The notes: generated by a model from the sequence alone, not told the origin. A stretch of 64,000 bases of DNA from Octopus vulgaris (GCA_951406725.2 OX597835.1:44082001-44146000); one strand, 5' to 3'. Positions 28,286 through 44,613 are shown, counted from the first letter of the stretch. Numbers and translations: made by a program.

Positions 28286-29283
28286 ACTACCTTAGATGAA
28301 CCAAATATTGCAAGATATTTTATCCGACGCACTATTAACGCTGCCATTTAACCTTAATACGACCATAAATACTAGTTTAGACATTGGTTCAAGGCGAGAA
28401 ATGTTATCACAGCCATGTACTATAGATTATATAAACACTAGTACTAGATCGGCACTTTACTTTGTCGACTATACTAAAATCAGAGGTAAGAATAAAATAA
28501 GCCCTTAATAGGATTCGAACTCGGAACTCAAAGACGCCCATGCTTGACTGATGCTTTAACAATTATCCCAAACCGACAGAAACGCTAATTTTTCGTAGGC
28601 TAAATGCCACGGTGTAGAGGTCACGAATGGCGACGAAATGACTCTGACGAACCGAGCCGTTTGATTATTGACCAAATGATTAATTAAAATGCCGTGAATC
28701 TGGGGAAAAACAATAACCGAACCGAGCGCTTGTGTGAAGCATATTCCTATCGATCTCTCAAGAATGAAAAGCGAAACCGTCCGCAGTGCGATTTGAACAC
28801 GGAACGCAAATGGATATAGATGTTAATTATACAATGTGTTACTGTTTAGATGTGAAATCGCAGCAGCTGCATAATGTTGAACAATATATGGCATCATTGT
28901 TTGCTTATTCCTTTTATATGTTTCTCTAAGAGAAGAAAAAAATATATAATTGTGAGCATTTGCAATTATTCCAAGGCAGCTTGTAAATCAGGACTGGATT
29001 CGTCAGTAGATTAAAGCTGGTTGTTAACGATAGGAAAGCGACAATAAATTCGCTGGTTGTTAACGATGGCAAAACGACAATAAAATCCTCAACACAAGAA
29101 ACTATAAAGTGTCACTTAATGATCAGGTGATGTGTGATACTTGTGGTGATTAGCTAAATGTCTAGATTTCTTGCTTGATCTGATATTATTGGGAGTATTA
29201 TAGTGTGCGTGTTTGGGAGAGAACGACAGGAAGAGAGAGAGACGGGGAGGAAAAGGGAAGGAGGGAGCGGGAGAGGGGTGAGG

Positions 29284-29326
<43 letters not shown>

Positions 29327-30584
29327 AGTGCGACAGAGAGAATCATTTTTCTCTGAGAATTGAGTATCTTCTCACGCGCTAAATATTCATTCGTGACATA
29401 GGCTCACTTTTTGAAGGAATGTGGGTCATAGTCTCTCACATCAACCTAAGTATATTACTGGTATTTTATCTTCATCTACTTCGGATAGATGAAAGGTAAG
29501 AACTCGAAGGGATTAGAACACAGAAAGCAAAAGTACTTGCGTCAATTATTTATTTCCAAAAGTGGCAAATTGAATCCTTAATTTATTGATACTTGGTTTT
29601 ATCTGCTTCGGATTCATGACTTGGAGAATTGAGCTTGGCGGTATTTGAAGTCTGAACTCAATCATTCATGCTCTAAATATTTATTTCTGAAACTAGCACA
29701 GTCTTGGAAAAGAATTTAGTCGATGATATACGAGTAGCAAAATGCCAAATACTTTATTTACCCCGAGTAATTCCGTTCATGTTTCATTGGGCTTTCAATT
29801 CTTGTTGGAACTGTTGGGGCGATGGCATGACAGACATTGTATCTGGGGGATTTTAAACTTCCACAAATTTAATGAATTCTCAGGCTTGATCACATCTGAT
29901 TTCCCCCGAGGAGAAAGAAATGGAGAGAAGTGAATGAAGGGAGGAGAGCAAGTAACGAAGAATCTCGCCTAGAACTTGACGGTACTTCATTTATCGACAA
30001 TCAGTTGTATAAAAAGCAAAGCTGACTACGATGAAATTTGAAATCAGAATGTCAAAGTTCAAGTGCTAAATATAAATTTTCAAAATTTATTCTGTCAGAA
30101 GAAAGTAATAATTCTTCATGAAATCTTAATGTCATCTTCAATTGTTTTATTTTTTTTTCAAAAATGTTAAATTTCTAAATGCTAAATTTTCTACAAAATT
30201 CCATAGGTGTCAAGTTAAATTACATTAAGAAAATTGAAGAATGATTTTCCAAGTTTGTGCTTCATCATGTGATTAGCCAGCCTCCTCCTCTTAGGTCGTT
30301 TTGACTTTAATCATTCACGAATCTGTTGCTTAACTGTTTTACCAAGTAGGAAATCTATTTAAAGTCTGCTTAAAAAGCGTACCTACGTTTCATTAAAAGA
30401 CATTTTTAGAAAGCCAGTCTCTAAATCGTATTCTAAGTTTATTTAAAAACTGTGCATAAATACATATGAATCGAACTCCTGGATTCTTACAATGAACAGA
30501 TATTTGTCTCATTGTGTCGGCGAGGGCTGTCTCTGGTTGCTTAACTGATCCTTCAGGTTATCATAGAAAGCCATCAGGTCATCA

Positions 30585-30705
30585 CAGAAAGACGAAGAGA
30601 GATGTATGAACAATGAACGTGTGTATTAGTTAGACGCTCAAGAAAATGAAAAGGTCTTTTAGGTTTCGAACCTACGCTCTTCAACAGAAAGGATTAAGAG
30701 AAAAT

Positions 30706-30710
<5 letters not shown>
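30585..30710 (-). mobile_element. Short HHR-bearing non-autonomous repeat (family H), copy 1
   Basis: Shared body gtattag..acgctc..gtctttt; HHR 30656-30691 cttt-CTGTTGA-A-GAGC-gtag-GTTC-GAAAC-CTA-aaag. Confidence 0.7.
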
Positions 30711-30770
<60 letters not shown>

Positions 30771-31024
30771 CTGAAGAAGACGTGTATGCATGTAACTATT
30801 TAAAGGATCCAATTGAATCGAGGTATTTTGATCATCAGGACTTATCCTCATAGAGATGTGGGAGTCAAAAAATATATACAGTAGGGGCCAAATCTTAGAT
30901 GTTAAGTTATGGATGTAGATTTTTATTCACTTGAAGATTGATTTGTCCATCAGCAAAAAACATCTCTGAAATAGCTGTAGTGAATCTCAACCCATTTCCT
31001 TACATACACACACACAGACGCACA

Positions 31025-31077
<53 letters not shown>

Positions 31078-32084
31078 TACATACACACACACAGACGCAC
31101 AAACACACACACACACACACACACACACAGACGCACACAGACGCACACACACACACACACACACAGACACACAAACACACACACACCCACCCACAATTTT
31201 ATGTATATGTGTGTGTGTATGTATGTGTGTATGTATGTATGTATGTATGTATGTATGTATGTATGTATGTATGTATGTATGTATGTATGTATTGCTCTTA
31301 TTTCCGGTAGATAATTACACAGCTTCTCTCTTAGGCTTTAATCAAAATTTTATAAATTGCCTTGTCATATTAAGCAAGAAAGGCTGTCACACACGCTCCG
31401 CCGTCGATGAATATATAATACCAAATATGAAAGGTATCATTCGATATTTCTATGTATATCACTAGGCCATATGTCAAATAATATAGTTCTTTAAATACTA
31501 CCAACCCACCTTTCTCTCCCCTCTCAATTTATCTTGTTGCTGTTCGCAGTTGTTGTTACTTGACACGCAGCAAACTTCTATATATATATAAATACGCACA
31601 CACACACACATACACACACACATATCAAAACAGTTTGGTATTCTGAGTTTCAAGTGTGTAACTAATCTTAGCACACGCTTGAAACACAGAGTACCAAGGA
31701 GTCCGAATCCAACTGTTTTGATCCATACATGTAACTTCCAATGAATGCACTGAGAGCCCTTCTTTCGATTGTCTACTCACGATTGTCTACTCACTCATAT
31801 AAATATATATATATATATATTTAAAAATTGAGAAGCAAAATTTTAATTTCATTTTAATTTTATCCCAATTGGAAAATAATGCAAATGGAAGAAGAAAAGA
31901 TATGCCTATAAGAAGAAGTATAATACGAACCGCACCGACAAAACAACCCATAAATATACCCCCTCCCCAAATTCTAGATATGTTTCAATGAGGAAATTTC
32001 TATCACTATATTTAGTTAAACCCAGTTGTCATGTGGATTATTTTTTAACAATCACTTACGGGAATATTGCCTCCTCAAATTCTG

Positions 32085-32146
<62 letters not shown>

Positions 32147-32158
32147 TACATACATATA

Positions 32159-32335
32159 TAGTGAGAATTTACAAAAAAAAGACGGGTGTGTAAACAACAC
32201 ATAGATATATTAGTTTAACGCTCGGGAAGTGAGTAAGTCTTTTACGTTTCGTGCCTACGCTCTTCCAAAGAAAGGAACACAGAAATATACACACAGAGAA
32301 AATAAAAAAGGTTTAGTGACTACCGATCTATCATA
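32159..32335 (-). mobile_element. Short HHR-bearing repeat (family H), copy 2
   Basis: tagtgagaatttacaaa...gatctatcat, inserted in (TA)n; degenerate HHR at 32239-32274. Confidence 0.75.
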
Positions 32336-32466
32336 TATATATATATATATATATATATTATTTCATTTACGCAGAGCGATACAAATAACCCGGTATTAAA
32401 ACCCAATATACATATGCTTCATAGCAAAGTATCAGTCTGGTGCCGAGCACCAATAAGACTTTATGG

Positions 32467-32650
32467 TAATAACGAAGTCAAACCGAATATTGACATTTTG
32501 AAATCGCTTAATACGTCCGTCTCATCTTAGCGCAATACATAATACGAAATGCATCCATTATGTAATAAAAACATTCACTCTTTTATATTGCACAAACGTA
32601 CGTATAAAGAGATTTGAAATATATCGTTATTTGGTTTGACTTCGTTATTA
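32467..32650. mobile_element. MITE-like inverted repeat element
   Basis: ~54-bp imperfect TIRs taataacgaagtcaaacc... / ...ggtttgacttcgttatta. Confidence 0.65.
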
Positions 32651-32796
32651 GAACTTTTACGACTCGTTGCCAGTACGAACTAGATTCCGCTTATGCGGAT
32701 ATTGTAACAGCGGTTTCGAGTAGTTTGTTATGCTTGACTGTGTTCTAAAATTCTGGTATTTACATATATATAGGTACACATACATATATACACATG

Positions 32797-32854
<58 letters not shown>

Positions 32855-33451
32855 CATATATATATACAGCTATTAATGTGTCAGTGTTTTAGGGATTTAC
32901 GTTCGTTCCCTACTACCGCTTATCAACCGTTATTGGTTTGTCCCGGTCAAATTATCGGCTCGGCATAGATGGATCGACAGAATAAGTTCAAAACTTTAAA
33001 AGATATGTGTTTGGAGTGGTTTGTTCAGCTAAACCCTTCATGGCATTGTCCCAGCCTGACCACGACTACAAAAATAAAATGTTCTTTACAACTCACCTTG
33101 CATTAATCACTAATCATTGTGTCCTTTTATGCAAACAGTGAAGTATGATTTTCCACATGTATGGCTGGTGTTTCTAGCATGCTGGTATTTCTTCAGGCTC
33201 TCAAATAACTGCGGTCGTCTGTGTATTTCTTCGTCATATATATGACATGAAATGTCATATTAACACAGGTTTTCGTCTCATATTCGACATTATCAAATTC
33301 AATCTCGTCAAAGTCAGTCTCACTTTCGTCACCGTCAGTCCCAATTACGTTGTTCATGCCTCCCAGTCTCCCCTAAAATACTCTTGGGATTGTCTTGGGG
33401 TTAGACTCCTCGGGCGCCTCTATAGGCTCCTATCAGACGACATCATCATTA

Positions 33452-33680
33452 CGGCGGCGAGCTGGCAGAAATGTTAGCAGGCCGGGTGAAATGCCTAGCG
33501 GTATTTCGTCTGCCGCTACGTTCTGAGTTCAAATTCCGCCGAATTTCGACTTTGCCTTTCATCCTTTCGGGGTCGATTAAATAAGTACCAGTTACGCACT
33601 GGGGTTGATGTAATCGACTTAATCCGTTTGTCCTTGTTTGTCTCCTCTGTGTTTAGCCCCTTGTGGGTAGTAAAGAAATA
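33452..33680 (+). mobile_element. SINE family B with 9-bp TSD (catcattac)
   Basis: Full consensus flanked by catcattac on both sides. Confidence 0.9.
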
Positions 33681-33744
33681 CACATCATTACAATTTCTGG
33701 CTTTATTCTGAAAGGAAATATAATTCAGCCACCACATTCTTGTT

Positions 33745-33900
33745 CTACGCCTCCTGCCGGTTAGCTCAGCTTCAAGGACTCGTCTTGCGATTCTTTCCTC
33801 TGAGATTCTAATCCCAAGTCCATAATACTGGAACTGAGAACTTTCAATGCGGAGGAGTTGCAGCTTGACCCGTCGAACCTTCCCCGTTCACGTACTCTGT
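33745..33900 (-). pseudogene. RTE-like LINE C-terminal fragment
   Basis: Minus-strand peptide LLRIESSQFQYYGLGIRISEERIARRVLEAELTGR. Confidence 0.55.
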
Positions 33901-34863
33901 TTGGTACGTTATATTATCGTCTGCATTAATTTCTTTATCGTCAATTTCAATGTCGTGGTCACTATTGGAGGGAGCGAGTTTTCTTTCTGACTAAACGTTG
34001 TTCTCTTTGATTGTATGTCGTGGTTAAAAGTCAGGGTCTTCATCAGGAAAGTTTACACGTTGCCCTGGGCGAAAGAAATTATAATTCAATATGGCTTTCT
34101 AAAATTATCACAGTACCTACATTTGGTGGACGGGTGTAGATGTTTATATAATCTACCCTAAAACATTTCAGGTACTTGGTTTTTCATCTACTGATGAATG
34201 AAATGCAACGTCCCGGTCCATCAATTTTGTTTTAATATTGATTTCTAACATTGAATGTCCACAATTCCAATCGCGAAGGTGCAATATTTTACATTGAGTC
34301 AAGAACATCTCTTCTGCTTTATTTGTTTCTTCATAACGCATGTATGAATTAAAAAATTTCATTATAGTGGAATTTGAACTCAAATCGAAAATCTACACAA
34401 CTATCAATCACAAACCACTTCCTTCACCGCTCTATTGGTTTTGCTAATGGATCGATCAAAGATAGATTTAATAAAGAGTTAAAAAAAAAAATTAAGCGCA
34501 ATACACAATTCGATCTAAAGTATGTGGGATATTTTTCAGCAGAATTTAAACTGTTATTTATATTTGAACATCCAGAATGCTGAAAGGCAAAAGCTGAACA
34601 TTAAAGCCAGGCCGTTCACCCGGTAATTTGAATTTTTCTGATTTCCTTTAATTGTTATTTCATCTCTTACCTTTCATTAATTATCGTTAGCATCTAAATG
34701 GCGAACTTTTCCAGTTGAGAAGCAATATAGAAGTAAGATAGCATCTGATACCGGGCTACAGTTTGCGACGTCCATATATGGCAGACCAGACCAATCATAA
34801 TCTGGGAAACGAACCATACAGAGATGACTTGTTGCCGTTATATACATACACACACACACACAT

Positions 34864-34898
<35 letters not shown>

Positions 34899-34930
34899 TA
34901 CATACATACATACATACATACATACATACA

Positions 34931-34966
<36 letters not shown>

Positions 34967-35004
34967 TGTGTATATATATGTATATATGTAAATATATATA
35001 TATT

Positions 35005-35111
<107 letters not shown>

Positions 35112-36113
35112 GTGTCAATATATATATATATATGTGTATATATATATGTGTGTGTTTGTATGTATGTGTGTATAAATGGGTGTATGTGTGTGCATTCAAG
35201 CATGGATCTGTGATGGAGAAGTTCAACTCGCACCAACGTAGTATCAGTATCTGTCCAATTGAGTGACAACTTAAGCACATTCTACTGTAGGCCTCGGCAA
35301 AACCGATATCTTGCGAAGAAATTTTGTAGATGAAAATCGTGTGGAAGCACGTATGTATATATATATATATATGTGTATATATATGTAGAAGTAATCAATA
35401 TATGATTTAACTTATTAAGCACAGTTCAATAAATCCGTTCATATTTATGTAATGGAGGAGGTTAGATGTTAAAATGGATTCTAGTTTTATCTTTCGTGTT
35501 GCTATACAATTTGTTTCATACAAAGAACTCAGATATTCTTAATAAAAAATCGGAATAGTCAAATTTGTACTCGTTGGTAGCTTGGATAAAAACTAAAAGA
35601 TGCCAGAAGTAGATATATTTCCTCTTAATAATCATATTGTAATGATGTGTTTGTTCTTGGAGTCATACATATTTAAACAAGACTAAAAAATATATAATTG
35701 GGTGCTAATATATGTGATATTAAAAAATTCATATTCCCTCCATAACTTTCTATATGTGTGTCTATTTAAAACTTCGAAAATGAATTATATCAACTGGTCA
35801 GGCTGTACATGTGTTTACCATGAGATATCCAAATAAGCAAGTGAAAGAATTTTCAATTCAAATACAAAATCTAATTTTTTACTTAACCGTCAATTCTTTC
35901 GGCTTCAGAATACGTATATACTCAAGATGGAATATACGAGAATTTATTCATGGCAATTATATATATATATATATATGTATGTATAAAAAATGTATATAAA
36001 AACACAAAGTGGGACAAGAACGCAAAACACTCAAATAGACGACGCAAAAAACGGACGGGTCATTCGAAGCCTCTAATCTTCAGTCAAGAACCGGGTCATC
36101 CTCGCAATTTCGG

Positions 36114-36162
<49 letters not shown>

Positions 36163-36383
36163 TCAGTCACTATGAGGATATATAAACCTCTTATAGAGAT
36201 GGTTCCATCCAAGTTACACTGGTTTAATATATTATATTATGAAGAGATATTTCTTTAATAAATATATTATGAATATCAAATATTATTAAGTAAGAAGATG
36301 GAGAGATTTAATGGATATAAACTAATTAATTAATTTATTTATCTTTATCCATTATTTCTCTCAATTTTCTGACTTAATAATAT

Positions 36384-36414
<31 letters not shown>

Positions 36415-36539
36415 GCCTTTGTATACACACACACACGCACACACACAAAGTGTTTGAATCAAACTGTTTTGATCCATACATGTATGTAACTCCCAATAAA
36501 TGTGTTGAATACCCTTCTTTCATTTGTCTACTCACTCCA

Positions 36540-36570
<31 letters not shown>

Positions 36571-38019
36571 TACACACACACACACACACACACACGCGCA
36601 CACACACACACATATATGCATATATGTGCGTTTGTATTTATGTCGTACCCCCAGATGATTCTCATTGGCCTGTTTACCTCAGGCCAACTTGGCGGTTCGG
36701 CAAAAGCGATGGTGGTAATAACAAGTACCAAATTTAAAAGCGAGTAACAAGGTCGATTTGTCCGACTAAAGCATTAATTGCAAAGGGCGGTCAACGGGCC
36801 TTTCTGAATGATAAAGCGAAAAGTTACCCTTAATTGTTTCAGTAGTAAGGCCCGCCTAATATTGAGACAACTCTCATGTGGCCCGCTTCACAAAACACGT
36901 TGCCCATACCTGGAAAAAAGTGTCAGAGTTCAATGGCTGAAACGAGTTGAAAACCTAAACGATGTATGTTGTATCTCAGCTTTGTCGTATAATGGTGGAG
37001 TGCACAAATTTTGACTTTGGAGGTGATTATTTTCATTTTCGAGAATATCAACGCGGGGCGCAGTTCATGTAAGTTTCTGAAGCATTGACCTTAACCTATA
37101 GTGGCGCAGTAAGTTATTGACTTTCGAATATGTGAGTTATCCATTAGTGTGGTCAACGCCTGTTTTATTCGATAAATGACAGAATTCTCGATGATAAAAA
37201 TGAGGTGTTTTATCATATATTTTTTATAAAGAGCACAAAGTTTAATTTTTATATCATATTTTGCATTTTACAAAACTTATTTTCGTATTTCGTTTTATGT
37301 TCTGAACCCGTTGTTTCATTTATTTCATTTTCATAAAGAATTTTATAAAACTTTAAAAAGTAGTTATTGACGAATAACAAAGAAAACCCAGTAGGAAGAG
37401 CAGCAACAACAACATCGACAACATCCAATCAAACAGAAAAGGGTTATCTGATAGAAGAATAAAAAACCAAATGTTCTAGATTGATGTGAAGCTAGAAATA
37501 GCAACGATAATTAAGAAAAGAATAAAGAAAAACCGCCATAACAATCATGATGTAAAATGATAACAACATTCCTTGTCGTTATTACGGGATGGAATATTTG
37601 ATTAAATTTGAATTTATAGCGAATTTAAACAGAATTATATTTAATTGGTTAATTAGTTAATAATTAACAATAATTGAATAAAGCAATTAATTAATTAATT
37701 TATTATTGTTATTATCATTATTATTATTAGAAAACTATTCAGAATATTCAGAGAAATATGGAGAACTAAAACAATATTTTTGATGCGACATGGAGGATTG
37801 ATTAAAAATATGAAAAGGCTAGCAAATTTGAAAACCAGAGGAGTGGCAGAATACAGAGAGGCATTTAATGTTCTTCAGTACTTTAAGCAAATTAGAAAGC
37901 TTCGTTCAGACTACAGGAAGTTGCTGCCAAATATTCTATTGTCATAAAAAAATAATTTACGTTAGTAAATGAAGTTCTTGACAAAAGTTTGTGTGAAGTT
38001 GACGTGGTATGGTCACAAT

Positions 38020-38497
38020 AAGGCGGCGAGCTGGCAGAAACGTTAGCACGCCGGGCGAAATGCGTAGCCGTATTTCGTCTGCCGCTATGTTCTGAGTTCA
38101 AATTCCGCCGAGGTCGACTTTGCCTTTCATCCTTTCGGGGTCGATAAATTAAGTACCAGTTACGCATTGGGGTCGATGTAATCGACTTAATACCTATGTC
38201 TGTCCTTGTTTGTCCCCTCTATGTTTAACCCCTTGTGGGTAATAAAGAAATAGGTATGGTCACTATAAGGCGGCGAGCTGGCAGAAACGTTAGCACGCCG
38301 GGCGAAATGCGTAGCCGTATTTCGTCTGCCGCTATGTTCTGAGTTCAAATTCCGCCGAGGTCGACTTTGCCTTTCATCCTTTCGGGTCGATCAAATAACT
38401 ACCAGTTACGCACTGGGGTCGATATAATCGACTTAATCCGTTCGTCTGTCCTTGTTTGTCCTGTGTTTAGCCCCTTGTGGGTAGTAAAGAAATAGGT
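38020..38497 (+). mobile_element. Tandem pair of SINE family B (Meta-domain-like)
   Basis: ggcggcgagctggcagaa head, gagttcaaattcc B-box and gcctttcatcctttcggggtcgataaa..agtaccag domain; copies at 38020-38252 and 38267-38494. Confidence 0.9.
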
Positions 38498-38772
38498 ATG
38501 GTCACTACACAGCTTTAAATTTGTTTCTAGAAGTACTTGATCGGAGCTCTTCAGTGCTGAATGCGTATGATGTTAACAAACATATATGGAAACCTTTGCA
38601 TGGGCATTCAAACAGCATCAAATAGCAGCAAAACATCCGTTAACCCAACCCAGCTTTAGATAACAAAGCTTAGAATATCGCGGCAAAAGATGACAAGAGA
38701 AATTATTCACGCCGAGTCAACCGCCAAGATCAAAATGGTCTAATTATATCCAAAGACTCATATATATATAAA

Positions 38773-39290
38773 TCTATATATATAAAACTCAATTTGTGTG
38801 TCTGTGTGTGTATCTCTGTGTGTATCTGTGTGTGTCTGTGTGTCTAACTTTTGGATCTACCAAGTTTCATTATTAAGGATGGAAAGTAGTGTGTAGCAAA
38901 TCTATATATATAAAGCTGAAATTGTCTGTGTGTGGCAGGTTTGGTAACCTTCAACTAACACTATTTCCTTCGAGACCCTGCAGCGCAAGTTGACTAAAAT
39001 TGAAAGTATGATAGAAGAAGGCTTGCTCTTCATTCTGTTGAAGATAAAATTCAAATCGGACCATATTAACACCAAAAATTATTTACATCAAAAAGGTGCG
39101 TTCTTTCTATGAAAATCCCTATTTCTTTACGATTTTTGACTGCTGTGTCACCATTTTTCGGTGTATTTCAACTGGAAAAATGTTCACTTGAAGAGAATAA
39201 CAAGTTGCATAATGCAAAATTTTTACTTTTCAAAAATTCCAATTCTAAATGGTCGAAACAAACCCAAGCAACACCGGGTGATACTGCTAG
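38773..39290 (+). mobile_element. Non-autonomous Helitron (two 5' ends)
   Basis: A|TCTATATATATAAA at 38773 and again at 38901; subterminal hairpin cccaagcaacaccggg; ends CTAG|T at 39290. Confidence 0.8.
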
Positions 39291-39964
39291 TATATATATA
39301 TAATAATATAAATAATAAGAGCTAAGAAGTAGGGGAGATAACAAAGTAGTAGTGAACCCAAAACTAAGGTGCGCGTGTGTGTACGTATGTGCGTGTAAAA
39401 GAGGGTTGGTGATATTGACGTGTGTGTATGTGTAGGTGTGAAAATGTGGGGATGGGAATCGCTCAATTCTGGTATGTGGGTGGTGGTGTGTTGTGATGTG
39501 ATGTGTTGTGTGGTATGGTGTACTGTGGTGTGATAGAGTTACATATATATATTGTGTATTAATAATGATCAAGAGAACGGAGATTTTCCACATCTATAAT
39601 TTTATTGAACAGGTATTTGCAGCACTCTTCCGTCAGCCTACGCTCGTTTCAACTGCATCGACTGCAGGTCACTCGGATTTACCAAGCGAGTATAATTAGC
39701 AGATTAGCAGAGTCAAGAAACGTATTGTTAACAAGGGTATCACCAAAGCTTCGTTGTCTTTAGCCTGCATATAAAACAGATTTAAGAAGAAACACGGTAA
39801 CCGCCAGGATTATATAGCCCTTTGAACTCATTTATATATATATAAATCCCACCCCAGCAAAAACAAAACAAAACAAAAAAAAACGAAGAACAAACACAGA
39901 AAAACAACAACACGAGGACGTGGTACATGCAAAGTATTAGCAGACGCTCAGGGAAGGAAAGGAG

Positions 39965-39999
39965 GTTTTACATTTCGAGCAAAGCTCTTCTTCAGAAAC
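39965..39999 (-). ncRNA. Minimal hammerhead motif, canonical core
   Basis: Minus strand gttt-CTGAAGA-A-GAGC-ttt-GCTC-GAAA-T-GTA-aaac, within a ~230-bp repeat (39845-40072) flanked by (TA)n. A related truncated copy is at ~18281-18386. Confidence 0.7.
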
Positions 40000-40074
40000 A
40001 GGAGACAGAAGAAAGTCCAAAAGAAAAGGAATACGGACGAAAAAAAGTCGCCAACGATTCACATGTGGTTACAT

Positions 40075-40106
<32 letters not shown>

Positions 40107-40117
40107 CATACACGCAT

Positions 40118-40149
<32 letters not shown>

Positions 40150-40605
40150 GTATGTGTGTAAATATAGGTGTATATATATGTGGGCTTCTTTCATTTCCGT
40201 CAACCAAATCCGCACAAAAGGCTTTGGATGTGCCCGAGAGTATAGTAGAAGACACTCGGCCAAGGTGCCACGCACGGAGACTAAACCTGGAACCATGTGG
40301 TCTGGAAGGAAGCCTTTTATCCCAAAGCCACATCTGCACCCATTAAGTGATCAACAGCCTTAATTGATTTTCGAGCATTATTAGAGTCTTAGCAGTGATG
40401 TCTACATCTTCAGTAGATGTATATGATATATAATGTAGATTATATGTATCATATACATAATGTATATTCATATATTATATCATATATATATTACTCAGTC
40501 TTATGGTTATATATAAATTTATATTAAATACATGTACATGTGATATGTTGCACATTACGCAATATACATACGTATATATATATACTCCCGCACACCCACA
40601 GCCTC

Positions 40606-40696
<91 letters not shown>

Positions 40697-40854
40697 GATG
40701 CATACTTCTGCACACAATTACATTTCGACTTAATCATATCGTGACATTATTATAGATTCCAAAACTCAAGACACAATTTAACCAAAGAAAAAAACAGGAA
40801 ATCTCATTATCATTGAATTTTGTGAATCTATACCATTATTAAAATTTGTTCTAT

Positions 40855-42030
<1,176 letters not shown>

Positions 42031-42600
42031 TATGAATGTACGTAGGCATGTATCTATGCCTTAGAGTTGTAATTGTTCGCCAAGTGACTATATCTGTGAC
42101 CGAGTATCGAAATTCGAACATTTGCATATTGAAAAAATTTCCTATAATCATTTAAAAACACGCATCCTTTATAGATTCTTTTCTTTTCTTTCTTTATAGG
42201 CAAAAGGCTGAGTATTATGAATTGCCACAATTCCACTGCATAGACCTCTTCCATCTTGTCATTGGCAACTGCTGTTTTTTTTCTTTACCCTCTTTATCAT
42301 CACAATTGAACGTATGGCTTTTTGCCATGCTTGTATCAGTCAGACGGAATGTGTTGAGGTTGGATGGGCATTCTCTCACCAAACCAGGCATTATTTCTTC
42401 ATGATCAGACATGGCCTCTCACGGCGTACCGGAAACGCAAACATCGCTTACAACAAAGTTACGCATAAGTTACACACACACACACACACACACACACACC
42501 TCACATGCGTATATAAGTATACATGTATGTATGGACGGATGGATGGATAGAGCTATGGATGGATGTACATATGTGTCTGTATGTAAGTATGTATGTGTGA

Positions 42601-42676
<76 letters not shown>

Positions 42677-43007
42677 GATGTTAGGGTGTTCGACACTTGA
42701 AGTATCACGGAAACCGAATCCAATTCTTTTGAACATTACATGTAATGCCTAATAAATTCGTTGAATGCTCTTTCATTCACACACACATACACACATACAA
42801 ACACGCATGCACACACAACACGCACACCTCGGCAGCGTGGTGGCATTATTCGAAATATGCTATAACGGAGGAAGCAGTGTTTAAGTACATCTAATAAACT
42901 GGACAATACGCTGATATGCATCCCTCTGTCTTTCTACCTCTTTTTCGTCCCGTCTCTCTCCTCCTACACACACATACACACACACATGACTGAACATAAA
43001 AACAAGC

Positions 43008-43048
<41 letters not shown>

Positions 43049-43055
<7 letters not shown>

Positions 43056-43360
43056 ATCACGTGAACGACCAGACCATCAGATGTATGTATATGTTACACA
43101 TCGCTGGTCACAATGCGTTCGCATTGTTTTAGCCTTCGAATGACACCACCCCACTGGCTAAGCGAGCAGGCCAACAGAAGAAAGAGTGGGAGAAAGAGTG
43201 GTGAAAGAGTACAGCAGGGATCACCCACACCCCTACCGGAGCCTCGTGGAGCTTTTAGGTGTTTTCGCTCAATAAACACCCACAACGCCCGGTCTGGGAA
43301 TCGAAACCGCGATTCTGCGACTGCGACCCGCTGCCCTAACCACTAGGCCATTGCGCCTCC
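43049..43360 (-). mobile_element. tRNA-derived SINE family C
   Basis: Minus-strand head ggaggcgcaatggcctagtggttagggcagcgg..ggtttcgattccc (A/B boxes), followed by a non-tRNA body ending cacgtgatcacgtga. Confidence 0.8.
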
Positions 43361-43363
43361 ACC

Positions 43364-43615
<252 letters not shown>

Positions 43616-44271
43616 ATATATATGAAAAGACACGCGAAGGACTTCTTCCCAGTTTTCACCAACAGAATCAAGATAGAAGGCGCTCTAATCGTCCCCAAGC
43701 TGTAGTAGAAAACACTTGCTTAACTTTCCGCCACGAAGTGTGACTGAACCCGTGACCACTTGGTTGGGAAGTAATCATACGCGAGGTAAACGCTTGTAGA
43801 TGTGTTAAAATTCAGTTGCGAGCGAATCTTTATTAAATCCATTAAACGATGGTAATTATCATTTTTGTTTGTTTCTTTTTGTATTTTTCTCTTTCTCAGA
43901 TTTTGTTCCTCGCCATTGTTTTCTTAATTATCTTCAATTTTAATAATGTCAGTTTAATATATCCTATTATCTGTTGGGTTTGATATTTCATTCTGTTTCA
44001 CTCTTGATCTCTGGCCCCGTGCTACTCTACATTGTTACAGTCTGAGTGTTTGACCCTGGGCTAGAATTCTTTTTCTTTCTGACTGCCTTGTATTCTTACT
44101 TGTTCAATTCAAAAACCCATCAATATATTATAATGAAAGTACGTAGTCCGTTGACAGACAGTAGATTGCGGCTTTCGTAAGACATAATAATCTCTTAAAG
44201 ACGTAATGTGTAGGAAAGAATAGCTCTTTTGTTAAGTAGCTCATTTTTAACCAAGCGTTTTCGGGTTCTGC

Positions 44272-44356
<85 letters not shown>

Positions 44357-44364
44357 CATCCATC

Positions 44365-44426
<62 letters not shown>

Positions 44427-44429
44427 TTA

Positions 44430-44494
<65 letters not shown>

Positions 44495-44573
44495 CTACCT
44501 GTCTATCTATCTGTCTATATTTATACATATATATATCCATTTATATATAACCATCTACATATGTATATATAGA

Positions 44574-44613
<40 letters not shown>

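Noticed and set aside
34033-34051. CTGATGAAGACC on the minus strand
   Set aside because: No downstream stem II/GAAA, so it is a chance match to the HHR core.
36051-36120. Two partial hammerhead-like boxes (cagccGAAAttgc; CTGAAGA..CGAATG) on the minus strand
   Set aside because: The first is truncated by (TA)n and the second lacks a convincing stem II and GAAA; kept only as a probable relative.
36845-36912. ggcccgc..gttgcccatacctg resembling a hAT/Charlie MITE end
   Set aside because: Only one terminus is visible, with no matching TIR or TSD.
42180-42412. Polypyrimidine tract + AG followed by short ORFs on both strands (possible exon)
   Set aside because: No recognisable protein similarity and no clear donor; it cannot be supported without RNA data.
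43285-43360. tRNA-like sequence on the minus strand
   Set aside because: It has A/B boxes but no proper acceptor stem and runs into a SINE body, so it is a SINE head rather than a tRNA gene.
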